Assembly: GCA_009691445.1 (NCBI GenBank)
Contig: SICL01000001.1
Span: 1,738 to 65,737, forward strand
From: Candidatus Taenariivivens baikalensis
Lineage (GTDB): Bacteria > Omnitrophota > Omnitrophia > Omnitrophales > Aquincolibacteriaceae
DNA length: 64,000 nucleotides
Direction: 5' to 3'
Shown here piece after piece: positions 49,375 through 59,810 of this stretch. The position numbers were made by a program, and so were the translations under genes. Each line of letters opens with the position of its first letter. Position 1 is the first letter of the stretch. The notes under the pieces are model-generated. The model had not been told where the DNA came from. It worked only from the letters and a program-made list of their open reading frames with translations, and did not search any database.

Positions 49375-50511
49375 TTATTTTGTGTGGGCTTGGCGGATGG
49401 CTTCAATCAAGATTTCCCCATTGCGTATATTGATCGCTTCAGATAGAGGTGTGCTGGATTCAAATGCGCTCGGACCCTTGAGCGCAAGGAGTTCTGTATA
49501 GGGAAGCGATGCCTCGGTTAGCATCCGGGAAGCGCTTGTTCCTGCGAGGGAGGGAATATTAGGCACTGCAAAACGGATATTTCCCAAGCTATCCAGACAA
49601 AGCGGGTTCTGGTAACTCGTGGAATGTGATTCTGGGAAATTACCCCCCTGATCAATTGAAATATCCAGAATGATCTTTTTCTTAATGATAGACGCTTTGG
49701 CAAGCTGGTCTTGGGTGATTACATAATTAGCACGCTGTCCCATTGCGTGAGCGCAGCCAATCAGGACATCTGCGGATTTCAGGATATCATCCAGGGAATC
49801 TTCGGGTGCCAGAACTGCAATGCCTTGTGAGGCAAGACGTTTTCGGCTTTCCAGATTTTTTTCAATCATGATAATCCTGCCCCCCAGTTTTTTAGCCACC
49901 TCAAGGGCCGCGATGCCGGCGACTCCCGCGCCAAAAATTACCACAGAACCAAGATGGTAGGATTCATTCGCCTTGGGATAAGTCTTTGCAATGGTTTCCA
50001 TCTCATCCCGAAAAAAAGGGTGATAAGAAATTGTTTCCCCAGCTACTTTTATCTGGGAAGGGATCATTGCTGCGTAACCGGCCGCCAATCCTCCCGCAAT
50101 TTGACTCATTGGTGCCAGCAAGGGAAGCCGGCCGTCTACCCGAAGGGTTTCAAAACCTACGGCGGTACACCTGGAATGAACCAAGGCGTCTTTTAGGGCG
50201 CAATTTTCCTGCGAGGCTAAATGAAGAAAGCAAAAAAGAGTGTGTTCTTTGCGAAGGAGAGGAAATTCTGCAGACAAAGGTTCTTTGACTTTTTGAATCA
50301 ATCCAGCCAATGCATACAGTTTTTCCGGGCTCGGGATAATCTGGGCACCGGCTTTCTGATAGTCCGCGTCACTAAATCCAGACTCCGCACCCGCTCGGGT
50401 TTCCACCAAAACCGTAATCCCCTTTCCAATCAAATGGGAAGCACCATCCGGAGTGAGCCCCACTCGTTTCTCCAGGGTTTTGATTTCTTTGGGAATTCCT
50501 AAAATGAGCAT
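49375..50511 (-). CDS. ald: alanine dehydrogenase / PNT-alpha family NAD-binding dehydrogenase
   Basis: AlaDH/PNT N- and C-domains; VIFGAGVAGIAA Rossmann motif. Confidence 0.75.
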   Translation of the reverse strand: MLILGIPKEIKTLEKRVGLTPDGASHLIGKGITVLVETRAGAESGFSDADYQKAGAQIIPSPEKLYALAGLIQKVKEPLSAEFPLLRKEHTLFCFLHLASQENCALKDALVHSRCTAVGFETLRVDGRLPLLAPMSQIAGGLAAGYAAMIPSQIKVAGETISYHPFFRDEMETIAKTYPKANESYHLGSVVIFGAGVAGIAALEVAKKLGGRIIMIEKNLESRKRLASQGIAVLAPEDSLDDILKSADVLIGCAHAMGQRANYVITQDQLAKASIIKKKIILDISIDQGGNFPESHSTSYQNPLCLDSLGNIRFAVPNIPSLAGTSASRMLTEASLPYTELLALKGPSAFESSTPLSEAINIRNGEILIEAIRQAHTK

Positions 50512-50516
50512 CCTAT

Positions 50517-52199
50517 TTATCCTTCGTAAACAAAGCGGTTGGTAATTGGCATACGGCGTCCAAACCAGGCTTTTTGGGTGACTCGTAAAATGGGTGGAGT
50601 CTGGCGCCGCTTATATTCATTGTGGTCCACTTTTCGGATCGTTTCTAAAATTACGCCCATCGAAACGCGCTCACCTTTCAGGGCGTGCGCTATTTCTTCA
50701 GGACTCCATCTCGTCTCAATATAGCCCTGTAAAATTTGGTCCAGGATTTCATAAGGGGGCAAAGAATCCTGGTCTTTTTGATCAGGACGCAATTCTGCAG
50801 ACGGAGCTTTCGTCAAAATGGCCTGAGGAATCACTGAACGTATCCCGTTGCGGTAATGGCAGAGGCGGTAAACATCGGTTTTATAGACATCTCCGAGAAC
50901 GGCAAGACCGCCACACATATCTCCGTATAAAGTGCAATAGCCCATTGCCAGCTCAGACTTATTTCCCGTGCTGAGAAGTAAGCGGCCTTCGTGATTGGAA
51001 TAATACATAAGTTCAATACCGCGTAAGCGCGCCTGGAGATTCTCCATAGCAAGGGTGATTTTCCCCCCGGACTTCGGTTTCTTTGATTTCATTTCGTAGG
51101 ACTTAAAAGTTCTCAATAAAGTTTCATAGTGGTTCGTAATGGGATGAATCTCGAATTTAATGCCAAGATTTTTAGCAAGATGAGCGGAATCCTCCCAACT
51201 GCCGCGGGAAGAATAGGGGCTCGGCATGGAAAAAGCTTTGACGGTGCCCGGACCTAATGCATCGGCTGCAAGAGTTGCGACAAGAGCCGAATCAATGCCC
51301 CCACTCAAACCCAAAATGACTTTTTTGAAATTATTCTTTCGACAATAATCGCGAATGCCGAGCACCAGGGCATCGTAGATTTCTTGGGGAGTGTTTGAAA
51401 GTTTATCGATGTTCATGGCGGGCTGACGGCGCTCAGGGGTCCAATTAAAATGATGAAGGTCTTCCTGAAATGCCGGAGAGCGAGTAATAACTCGTCCTAG
51501 CCGATCGACAAACAAACTGCGCCCGTCAAAAATCAGGTCGTCTTGACCACCGACCTGGTTGACATAAAGAATTGGAACCCGGTGACCGCTTGCCTGGCGT
51601 TGAAGCGTCAGTTCTCTATCTTTTAAAACCCCTCCATAAAATGGGGATGCGGAAATATTGATAATAAGGTCAGCGCCCTGACGGCACAAAACATCAACAG
51701 GTTTTAGATCATAGGCTTCGTCCCAAATGTCTTCGCAAATGGTAAAGCCCAGTTTTAGCCCTTTCCAAGAAATTATTTGAGATTGCCTGCCGGGTTCAAA
51801 AAAAACATCTTCCAGAAAAACATCGTAGGTTGGAAGTAACTGCTTCGAGACGGTTGTTAGAAGACTCCCATTGGCGATGAATGCCAAAGCATTTTGGCTT
51901 CGATGGGTTTTTCCCGTTCCTCTGTCAATAAATCCCAAAACCAAGCTAATTTTCTTTCCACGGGTTGCGGCGATAATTTTTTGGAGGTACTTTCCATTCA
52001 TTTGAACAAATCGGCCATTATTGGCAAGGTCCCAAACCGGATAACCTGTCAAAGAAAGCTCCGGAAAAACAATCAAGTCGGAGGCTTGTTTTTCAGCGCG
52101 TCCAATCCAATCGATGATTTTCTTCGTATTAGAAGCCAGATCCCCAACTGTTGGGTTCATCTGAGCAATTGAAATTTTGAAGGAGATTCGACCTATCAT
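50517..52199 (-). CDS. nadE: glutamine-dependent NAD+ synthetase (nitrilase domain plus NAD synthase domain)
   Basis: N-terminal CN-hydrolase; C-terminal LGLSGGIDSALVA PP-loop. Confidence 0.92.
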   Translation of the reverse strand: MIGRISFKISIAQMNPTVGDLASNTKKIIDWIGRAEKQASDLIVFPELSLTGYPVWDLANNGRFVQMNGKYLQKIIAATRGKKISLVLGFIDRGTGKTHRSQNALAFIANGSLLTTVSKQLLPTYDVFLEDVFFEPGRQSQIISWKGLKLGFTICEDIWDEAYDLKPVDVLCRQGADLIINISASPFYGGVLKDRELTLQRQASGHRVPILYVNQVGGQDDLIFDGRSLFVDRLGRVITRSPAFQEDLHHFNWTPERRQPAMNIDKLSNTPQEIYDALVLGIRDYCRKNNFKKVILGLSGGIDSALVATLAADALGPGTVKAFSMPSPYSSRGSWEDSAHLAKNLGIKFEIHPITNHYETLLRTFKSYEMKSKKPKSGGKITLAMENLQARLRGIELMYYSNHEGRLLLSTGNKSELAMGYCTLYGDMCGGLAVLGDVYKTDVYRLCHYRNGIRSVIPQAILTKAPSAELRPDQKDQDSLPPYEILDQILQGYIETRWSPEEIAHALKGERVSMGVILETIRKVDHNEYKRRQTPPILRVTQKAWFGRRMPITNRFVYEG

Positions 52200-52229
52200 G
52201 AATACCTCTCTGGACGACTGGGGAAATTA

Positions 52230-52305
52230 TGGTGGACCCGAGCGGGATCGAACCGCTGACCTCCACAATGCGAATGTGGCGCTCTCCCAGTTGAGCTACG
52301 GGCCC
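52230..52305 (-). tRNA. tRNA-Ala (anticodon CGC)
   Basis: Reverse complement gives a 76-nt cloverleaf GGGCCCGTAGCTCAACTGGGAGAGCGCCACATTCGCATTGTGGAGGTCAGCGGTTCGATCCCGCTCGGGTCCACCA, with G3-U70, anticodon loop TTCGCAT, T-loop GGTTCGATCC and an encoded CCA. Confidence 0.93.
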
Positions 52306-52349
52306 AGTAAGACGGCATTATACTGAGTACAGGCAGAATCGCAATGTTT

Positions 52350-53192
52350 TCAGCCAAGCATTTTTAATAAAATTTGACGAAGGGCTTCAAAAGCTTTTTC
52401 CTGACCAAGCTCGTTGAAGATTTCATGGTAAAAACCGTGAAACAATCGAAAATCTTTCCATGGGGCCTGAAGCTTCGCATAAAATACTCGAGCGGCGGAA
52501 GGATCCACCACCTTTTCCATATCCCCTGTCAGCACGGCAACGGGAATGGGAAAAACAATTTCCTTCATGGATTTTATCTGTTCCCCACCCTCTCTCATTT
52601 CGTGGGCAAGACGCGCTGAAATTTTTCTTTTGATAAGCGGATCCGTCCGATACATTTTTTGTTCATCAAGGCTGTGGGTTAAATGAGGCGGATAAACCGG
52701 GCTTTGATAGAGAAACTTTGGATTGAAATAATTAATCACCTTATTTATTCCAGCAAGCAACGGCGGGATATTTAATCCAAGACACGGGGACGAAAGTACG
52801 AGCCCTTTGATGCTGCCGGGATTCTGTAATGTCCACTGAAGTGAAATTAATCCTCCGAGGCTATGGCCCAATAGAATCATCGGCCCTGAATTATCCAGCG
52901 ATTGATGGATAAAATTTAAAAAGACAGAAAGATCTTTAAGATAATCCGCTAAAGAATCCACGTACACTTCCTCACCTTCGGACCTCCCATTTCCGCGAAG
53001 ATCAAAAACAGCAATCGAAACAGGAAGGGATTTAAGTTCAGACGCGAATTTTTCATACCGTCCGGAGTGTTCACCGTGTCCGTGGACGATGACAAGCGTT
53101 GCTTCGGCCTGAGGCTTTGGTAAATAACGATAAAAAAGCAGCTTCTGATCGAAGGTTTTGAAATGGCCGCTGCGAAACACGGAAAATTCCAT
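52350..53192 (-). CDS. alpha/beta hydrolase (lysophospholipase/monoacylglycerol lipase-like)
   Basis: GHSLGG nucleophile elbow and HGHGEHSGRY motif. Confidence 0.8.
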   Translation of the reverse strand: MEFSVFRSGHFKTFDQKLLFYRYLPKPQAEATLVIVHGHGEHSGRYEKFASELKSLPVSIAVFDLRGNGRSEGEEVYVDSLADYLKDLSVFLNFIHQSLDNSGPMILLGHSLGGLISLQWTLQNPGSIKGLVLSSPCLGLNIPPLLAGINKVINYFNPKFLYQSPVYPPHLTHSLDEQKMYRTDPLIKRKISARLAHEMREGGEQIKSMKEIVFPIPVAVLTGDMEKVVDPSAARVFYAKLQAPWKDFRLFHGFYHEIFNELGQEKAFEALRQILLKMLG

Positions 53193-53197
53193 CGGGT

Positions 53198-55042
53198 TCA
53201 GAGGGACGGGAATGCTGCTTGGGAAAAAGAAGACGTGGCGTACATCGATTCTATCCTATCCTTGTAACGCTCTTGAATCACACGGCGTTTAACCTTAAGC
53301 GTGGGTGTTAATTCTCCGGAGTCCTGAGTAAACTCATTGGGAAGCAAGGTGAAGTATTTGATTTGCTCGAAACTAGCGAGGGAAGCGATTTTGTGCCGAA
53401 GATCCCCTTCAAAGAACGACATGATTTGAGGGTGCTTAAGAAGGGATTCATACGAAAGATCCTCAAGGCTCTCCTGTTTTGCTAGAGTCAAAACACGGGC
53501 TTTATTGGGTACAATGAGCGCGACAATATAATTCCGCTTATCCCCTAAAATAACAACCTGAGAATAAAAAGAGTCCGCGAGAATTAATTTCTCGATATTT
53601 TGAGGGGAAATCATCTTCCCACCGGAGGTTTTGATAATGTCTTTTTTACGGTCCGTAATCTTCAAATACCCTTCGGAATCAAATTCGCCAATGTCACCTG
53701 TATAAAACCAACCATCAATAATTGCCTCGGCCGTGGCTTGCGGATTTCGATAATAGCCGGACATGACGCAAGGGCCCTTCGTCAAAATTTCGCCGTCTTC
53801 GGCGATCGTCACTTTGCAAGGACTCAGGGGTTTCCCAACGGTTCCGAACTTAAAGGCGCTCTCAGAATTAACGGTGATGACCGGAGAAGTTTCCGTCAGG
53901 CCGTACCCTTCTAAAATCAAAATACCTAAAGAATAAAAAAAATCTGCAATTTCTTTATTAAGAGGAGCACCGCCTGAAATAAAAAAACGAATTTTTCCAC
54001 CCAGAACTCTCCTGATTTTTTGAAGCACTAATTTTTCGGCTAAAAAAATTTGAAGAGGGCCAACATCCGCCTTAATTTTGAGATACTTTTGATCGGATAT
54101 CTTGCGCCCAACGGACAAGGCCCAGAAAAAAATCTTCTCTCGAAAAGGGGGGCCGCTTTTGACGCCTTCAATAATTTTGGCATAAACTTTCTCATAAAAA
54201 CGGGGTACGGCAGCCGCGACGGTTGGATGCGTGATGCCCATATCTTCCACCACGGTTTGCATGGACTGGGCATAAGCAATTTTAGCTCCATTGAAAAGCA
54301 TGAAGTAATATCCAGCCAAACGTTCAAAAACATGACTGAGGGGAAGAAAAGACAACGCCAGATCGCACTCACTGATTTTAATCAGCTCTTGAGCCCCTTG
54401 ACAATTTTCCAAAAAATTTCTATGAGTCAGCATGACACCCTTGGCAGGTCCTGTGGTGCCGGAGGTGTAGATAATTGTCGCTAAGTCTTCGGGGTGTATC
54501 TGCAGGATCATTCTTTCATAGAGTCCGTCGTTATTGAGGCTTCCTAGGCGACCGGTTTCAAAGAGCTCGTTCATGTTTTTTATAAAATTTTTTTCTGTGG
54601 ATGGTAGATGTTCATCAAAAAGAACAACACCCCTGAGGCAATTAATCATGGGAAATATGGGAGAAATCCGCTCAAACTGGGCAAGGGTTGAAAGAAATAA
54701 AATTTCAGCCCCTGAATTCTCAAGGATGTGTTTGACATCCTCAAGTGAGGCGGTTGGGTAAATGGGAACCACCACAGCCCCCAAACTTAGAATCGCAAGA
54801 TCGGTGATTACCCATTCTGGCCGGTTCTCAGACAGAAGAGCAATCCGGTCACCTCGCTGGACTTTCAATTGATGAAGACCCAGGGCACAGCCGTTCACTT
54901 TTTGAGCGAGGCTTTCCCAAGTCATTACATTATATTTTTCTCCAATCCTAGACAAAAGAGCGGTACGTGAACCATATTTTTTGACTTTTTCCCAAAAGGT
55001 ATTCACGATGTTTTTCGGGGGTAGTTTATCGAAATCAGGCAT
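53198..55042 (-). CDS. long-chain fatty-acid--CoA ligase (AMP-binding)
   Basis: IIYTSGTTGPAKGV AMP-binding motif and overall ANL superfamily fold. Confidence 0.88.
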   Translation of the reverse strand: MPDFDKLPPKNIVNTFWEKVKKYGSRTALLSRIGEKYNVMTWESLAQKVNGCALGLHQLKVQRGDRIALLSENRPEWVITDLAILSLGAVVVPIYPTASLEDVKHILENSGAEILFLSTLAQFERISPIFPMINCLRGVVLFDEHLPSTEKNFIKNMNELFETGRLGSLNNDGLYERMILQIHPEDLATIIYTSGTTGPAKGVMLTHRNFLENCQGAQELIKISECDLALSFLPLSHVFERLAGYYFMLFNGAKIAYAQSMQTVVEDMGITHPTVAAAVPRFYEKVYAKIIEGVKSGPPFREKIFFWALSVGRKISDQKYLKIKADVGPLQIFLAEKLVLQKIRRVLGGKIRFFISGGAPLNKEIADFFYSLGILILEGYGLTETSPVITVNSESAFKFGTVGKPLSPCKVTIAEDGEILTKGPCVMSGYYRNPQATAEAIIDGWFYTGDIGEFDSEGYLKITDRKKDIIKTSGGKMISPQNIEKLILADSFYSQVVILGDKRNYIVALIVPNKARVLTLAKQESLEDLSYESLLKHPQIMSFFEGDLRHKIASLASFEQIKYFTLLPNEFTQDSGELTPTLKVKRRVIQERYKDRIESMYATSSFSQAAFPSL

Positions 55043-55050
55043 ATTTTTTT

Positions 55051-55587
55051 TTACTTGGGAGGCATTGACTCTTGTGATGGTTCCGCATTACGGTTTTTAG
55101 GTTGGGCGTTGCCCGGCACCGCCAGCGGGAGTGCAGCGACACGAATTGGAATATCCGCAGCGGTTAAAATGCGCTGATGAAAAAGGGCTTGCTGGCGCAT
55201 GCGATTTATTTCAGCCGCTTGCGACGCATAGTTGGCTTTTAACGTATTATTGAGTTGGATGAGGTTATGCAATTGACGCTGGATATCTCCCTGAGTTGCC
55301 ACGGCTGACGGAGTGGTTAGAAGCTTCGTCGGGTAAAAATTTTTTATGGGAACCTGGGCTTGAAAAATAGGGGGGCGATTGTCGCTCACCGGTGTTAAGA
55401 CCGGGTCTGACATGATTGCATCCTCGCTCGGAGCTACTTTCCCCTGAGACGCGGTCGTTGGTCTCTTATTATCCTCGTGGCTAAATTGAAAGGCAATCGA
55501 GAACAAAACCAGCAGTGCAATTAAACTGTGTTGATAGCAAGGTTTCATGATTGGCGATATGATAAACCTAAATCGACATTTCCTCAA
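55051..55587 (-). CDS. secreted hypothetical protein
   Basis: Hydrophobic N-terminus; no domain recognised. Confidence 0.45.
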   Translation of the reverse strand: MRKCRFRFIISPIMKPCYQHSLIALLVLFSIAFQFSHEDNKRPTTASQGKVAPSEDAIMSDPVLTPVSDNRPPIFQAQVPIKNFYPTKLLTTPSAVATQGDIQRQLHNLIQLNNTLKANYASQAAEINRMRQQALFHQRILTAADIPIRVAALPLAVPGNAQPKNRNAEPSQESMPPK

Positions 55588-55626
55588 GGATTGGGATCGT
55601 TATCCCTGAAGGCTTATTGAATAGGA

Positions 55627-57651
55627 TTATTCCGAAATAAGGCGTTTAATTTCATCGATCTGCTCAAGAGTCTTTTCTTCTCCGACCCTCATAAATTTCT
55701 CAGCAGCATAGAACTCTGCCCAATGACCTTTGAGCACAATGGGATGAATGAGTATATCTGCCTGCTTAGCCCAGCTATTGGCAATTTCAAATTCCATAAA
55801 TTGAATCGTACTCATAATAATGTTAAAAATATTGACTTCCTGTTCCATTAAAATTTTCCGCGATTGAGGGGGAAGAAACCTTGCAAAAATATTCTTTTTC
55901 CCTGATTGTATTTTCTGTTCCTCCATTTCTATTCGGTAACGATTTCTTTCAATCCGCTCTTTGGGACCCGCAAGAACATTGACGGCAATTATTTTTTTGA
56001 CGCCGGATTCTGATAGAACCCTCACAGGCAGAGGATCAACAACACCACCGTCAAGCATGTAACGTCCCTGATGATAAACAGGACTGAAGATTCCTGGGAT
56101 GGAAATGCTTGCACGGACAGCATCCACAACACTTCCGCTGGTAATTGTCACCGCTTCGTAGGTGAGCAAATCGGTTGTTACAATTTTAAGAGGAATGCTT
56201 AAATCCTGAAAAGTCATATCGCCGAGATATGACCGCAAAAACCGGGTCACCTGATCCCCTTTTAAAAAGCCTTTGGGAAATAATGCCAGATCCCGGAACC
56301 CTACAAGATTAAGAAAGGCTGATCGTTTATCAAGGCCACGCGCAATAGCTTCCAGTTGACTCGATTTGTAACCCGCGGCCCAAAAAGCACCAATCAAGGC
56401 GCCAATACTTGTCCCTGAAATAATATCTGGGGAAATTCCTTCTCGCTCCAGAGCTTTCATGACTCCAATGTGTGCAAGACCGTAAGCGGCCCCACTTCCG
56501 AGGGCTAGACCGAGCAGAGTTCCTACCAACTCGCGGGCTAAATAGCGTACGGCTGCTTGATATCGATCAATGCTTTTGGCCTTAATAGGAAGCACCCAAA
56601 ACATTCTATTTCCAAGTGATCTTTCCTGCTCTGCCACCGAAATATCAGGCGTGGTTTCATCATTCCCCAAAAGTCGAATCTCACTCTTACTGAATCCAAA
56701 ATCGCGTTCAAATTTTTTAAGGGCATCAGAATAGGAGTCCAGAGTTCGGCGTGTTACCGGGGCATAAACATAAACATAATCTGATTTCTTAAGAACGCGG
56801 AATGAAATATCATAAATATCTGGAGGAAGGCGTAACAATAAAAAGTTGTAACGATAAGTCAAAAACGTCAAAAGAGTGGTTACTTTTTTATCACCCGCTT
56901 CTTTATAATCTTTGGTGAGAACTTTCATGTAATCGAATCCCTTGGTGTGGGGGACCAAGGATCGATTTAGCAGAGCTTCATTGGAAGGATCGCTGGACGC
57001 AAGATCAAAGACCGGAATTGGGGATTGGATTCCCTGACAAAGGATGGGATCCTGAAAATGCGCAAAATCAATTAGGGCAACTTTCCCTTTGGCCTCCTGC
57101 ACAATGCGCGCAGAAAAATCAACCCAAAATTCACGTGCAGGGTCACTCATCTCCTGGGTATAAAGCACAGCAATTTTGACCTCACGTTTTCCAGTAGGAT
57201 CTAAATGACGAGTCAAACGATGTCCGAGGGAACGGCTAAGGTGGAGGGAAATCGAGGGCATTTCTTTAACAATTCGAAGAAAATCTTCCCGTGGCAATTT
57301 GAGTAAGAGACCATCCCGCTTTGCTTCAACTGCAGCACTATGCGGCTGAGATGTCAAAAGCGAGGTTTCTCCAAAATGGTCGCCACGGTAGAAAAAGGCC
57401 AGCGTTTCTTCCGACTGGGTGGATCGGGCTCGCTTGAATAAGCGGTATCGACCGGAAATAACCACGTAAAAAAAATCGGACTGGGCGCCCTCTTCATAGA
57501 CAGCATCTCCTCGCTTGTATTCTTCCAAGCGGGCTATTTTTTGAATAATTTTCTGTTCGGATGCGCTTAGCGAAGAAAAGACAGGAATTTCCCCTAAGGA
57601 ATATTCCCTTCCGGCATCAATTTTTGGGAGCCCCAAATTAAAAAAAGACAT
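55627..57651 (-). CDS. cyclic-nucleotide-binding domain fused to a patatin-like phospholipase (NTE-like)
   Basis: cNMP-binding beta-roll (GDHFGETSLL) N-terminal; patatin GLALGSGAAYG plus GTSIG nucleophile C-terminal. Confidence 0.85.
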   Translation of the reverse strand: MSFFNLGLPKIDAGREYSLGEIPVFSSLSASEQKIIQKIARLEEYKRGDAVYEEGAQSDFFYVVISGRYRLFKRARSTQSEETLAFFYRGDHFGETSLLTSQPHSAAVEAKRDGLLLKLPREDFLRIVKEMPSISLHLSRSLGHRLTRHLDPTGKREVKIAVLYTQEMSDPAREFWVDFSARIVQEAKGKVALIDFAHFQDPILCQGIQSPIPVFDLASSDPSNEALLNRSLVPHTKGFDYMKVLTKDYKEAGDKKVTTLLTFLTYRYNFLLLRLPPDIYDISFRVLKKSDYVYVYAPVTRRTLDSYSDALKKFERDFGFSKSEIRLLGNDETTPDISVAEQERSLGNRMFWVLPIKAKSIDRYQAAVRYLARELVGTLLGLALGSGAAYGLAHIGVMKALEREGISPDIISGTSIGALIGAFWAAGYKSSQLEAIARGLDKRSAFLNLVGFRDLALFPKGFLKGDQVTRFLRSYLGDMTFQDLSIPLKIVTTDLLTYEAVTITSGSVVDAVRASISIPGIFSPVYHQGRYMLDGGVVDPLPVRVLSESGVKKIIAVNVLAGPKERIERNRYRIEMEEQKIQSGKKNIFARFLPPQSRKILMEQEVNIFNIIMSTIQFMEFEIANSWAKQADILIHPIVLKGHWAEFYAAEKFMRVGEEKTLEQIDEIKRLISE

Positions 57652-57699
57652 GCTAGTTATATCGGCAAAAAAATAAAAATCCTCATGGGAATAATTTCA

Positions 57700-59193
57700 T
57701 CACGGGCAGGTTTGGAGAGCATGGTTCAGATTTGTTTTCCAAACCTCACGGAGCCCTTTTGTAGTGCTAGGTTTTTCCTTTGGGGAATAGCGGATAAAAT
57801 TTTTAGAATTATCAATATTTTTTTCGGATTTCCAAAATTTTATTCGACGGCCCGCAAGCTTTGCCACACCCCACGCGCTTGATTCACTCCTGTCGGAGAC
57901 CAGAATCGGAATACGGAGTAAATCAGCTTGAAACTGCATCAGAAAATGGTTATGAGTCATCCCCCCATCTACGTGAAGATTTTTAATCTTATGCCCGGAG
58001 CCTTCAGTCATCGCATCTAGCACATCGGCTGTCTGATGAGCCACCGACTCCAAGGTGGCTCGAATGATATGGGCCCGCGTTGTTCCGCGTGTAATACCAG
58101 AAATCTGACCACGGATCTCTGAATTCCAGTGGGGTGACCCCAATCCTACGAAAGCAGGAATCACGGTAACGCCTTCTGAACTTTTTAATCGATGAATTAA
58201 TTTCTCGGTTTCCTGAGCCTTTCGAAAAAAAAGCAGGCCGTCTCTCAGCCATTGAACTGCTGCTCCGGCAATAAAAATGGAACCTTCCAGTGCATAGGTG
58301 GATTTGCCCTGACGGTCGCAAGCCAACGTCGTTAAAAGACCGTGGACCGGTTCCGGGCAATGTGGACCAAGATTGAGGACAAGAAAGCATCCGGTCCCAT
58401 ACGTGTTTTTTCCCTGGCCGGACTCATAACATGACTGTCCGTAGAGGGCAGCCTGCTGATCTCCAAGAACAGCCTGAACAGGGATTCCCTCTGGAAGACC
58501 GTTTGTGGCGGCTGTTTTTCCAAAAAGGGCACCGGATTCTTTCACCTCGGGAAGCATAATCTTGGGAATTTTAAAAAGCTCCAAAAGACCACTGTCCCAT
58601 TTTTTTTCCTTTATATCAAAAAGCATGGTCCGTGAGGCATTGGTAAAATCTGTTGCATGGATTCGGCCCGCGGTCAAATTCCACAAGATCCAAGTGTCTA
58701 TTGTGCCGCACAAGAGATCACCGCGGTTTGCTTGTTTACGCAGGGAAGGATTATGCTCCAACAGCCAGCATATTTTCGTCGCTGAAAAATAGGCATCCCA
58801 AACCAATCCTGTTTTTTCCCGAATCCGTGTCTCAGCGTATTTTTCTTTAAACTTTTGACACAGGTCTGAAGTTCTTCGATCTTGCCAAACAATGGCTCGA
58901 TGCACAGGCTTTCCCGTGTGGCGATTCCAAAGAACGATAGTTTCCCGCTGATTAGTAATTGCAATGGCTGCGATTTGATTAGGAGAAATTCTGCCGCGCT
59001 TTAATGCCTTGTGAATGACTGACCGCACGCTGGAGAAAATTTCGACAGCATCATGCTCCACCCATCCCGGTTTAGGAAAATACTGTGTGAACTCCTGGTA
59101 AGAACCGGAGCTTTGATGGCCGGTGGCATCATAGAGAATCGCTCTTGACCCTGTCGTTCCTTGGTCAATTGCGAGGAGGTAGGATTCTTTCAT
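57700..59193 (-). CDS. glpK: glycerol kinase
   Basis: LAIDQGTTGSRAILYD N-terminus and FGGY family fold. Confidence 0.93.
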   Translation of the reverse strand: MKESYLLAIDQGTTGSRAILYDATGHQSSGSYQEFTQYFPKPGWVEHDAVEIFSSVRSVIHKALKRGRISPNQIAAIAITNQRETIVLWNRHTGKPVHRAIVWQDRRTSDLCQKFKEKYAETRIREKTGLVWDAYFSATKICWLLEHNPSLRKQANRGDLLCGTIDTWILWNLTAGRIHATDFTNASRTMLFDIKEKKWDSGLLELFKIPKIMLPEVKESGALFGKTAATNGLPEGIPVQAVLGDQQAALYGQSCYESGQGKNTYGTGCFLVLNLGPHCPEPVHGLLTTLACDRQGKSTYALEGSIFIAGAAVQWLRDGLLFFRKAQETEKLIHRLKSSEGVTVIPAFVGLGSPHWNSEIRGQISGITRGTTRAHIIRATLESVAHQTADVLDAMTEGSGHKIKNLHVDGGMTHNHFLMQFQADLLRIPILVSDRSESSAWGVAKLAGRRIKFWKSEKNIDNSKNFIRYSPKEKPSTTKGLREVWKTNLNHALQTCP

Positions 59194-59204
59194 ATAAACG
59201 AAAT

Positions 59205-59248
59205 CGGCTATAACAAGAGTTGCTTAAGCGCCACTCTTGTTATAGCCG
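59205..59248 (-). terminator. strong hairpin (16-bp perfect stem) between the PilZ gene and glpK; candidate intrinsic terminator or attenuator
   Basis: CGGCTATAACAAGAGT-N12-ACTCTTGTTATAGCCG followed on the minus strand by AUUUCGUUUAUAU. Confidence 0.5.
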
Positions 59249-59272
59249 ATATAACAGCAACCTCGAGGGAAA

Positions 59273-59692
59273 TTAGTTTATCTCTTGAATCTCTTCTGGA
59301 TCCGAAAAGTCATTCGTTTTAGTTTCAAGCCAGTGGTTATAGGCATAGTCTAAAACGCGGAATTTATCGATCGGATCAATTCTCAAAAAATGGATGCCGT
59401 GATCAAACCCTTGATTATTACCTTCAGAAGGAGTTGTCCACATCACCTTCCCATTCGTGTGAATAGGCTTGGGATCATCAGGGATAATAATTTCAAGATC
59501 CACCGTTGCGCCTCTCTCCAGATTTACATTGGAGTTGACTTTGAGGCCTTCACGCGAGATATCTTTGCTCAACGTGACAGAATCTGCCTGAACGCCACCC
59601 GGTAACCTGCATTTTACGCTCATATAAGCATCAAAACGCTTGAATTTTCTTCTGTCTTTCTCCATAAATAAACTCTCCAATTGGCTCATCAT
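59273..59692 (-). CDS. PilZ domain c-di-GMP receptor
   Basis: RRKFKRF and DISREGLK motifs (RxxxR ... D/NxSxxG). Confidence 0.8.
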   Translation of the reverse strand: MMSQLESLFMEKDRRKFKRFDAYMSVKCRLPGGVQADSVTLSKDISREGLKVNSNVNLERGATVDLEIIIPDDPKPIHTNGKVMWTTPSEGNNQGFDHGIHFLRIDPIDKFRVLDYAYNHWLETKTNDFSDPEEIQEIN

Positions 59693-59810
59693 CGTGGTTC
59701 ATTTTTAAACTTTAAATAAGCTAAAAACTAACAGAAATGAAAATGGCCTCGAATATATTGAAACTATAACACGGGGTCTTGATAATTACAAGGGCAGGGG
59801 CCCGCTTTTT

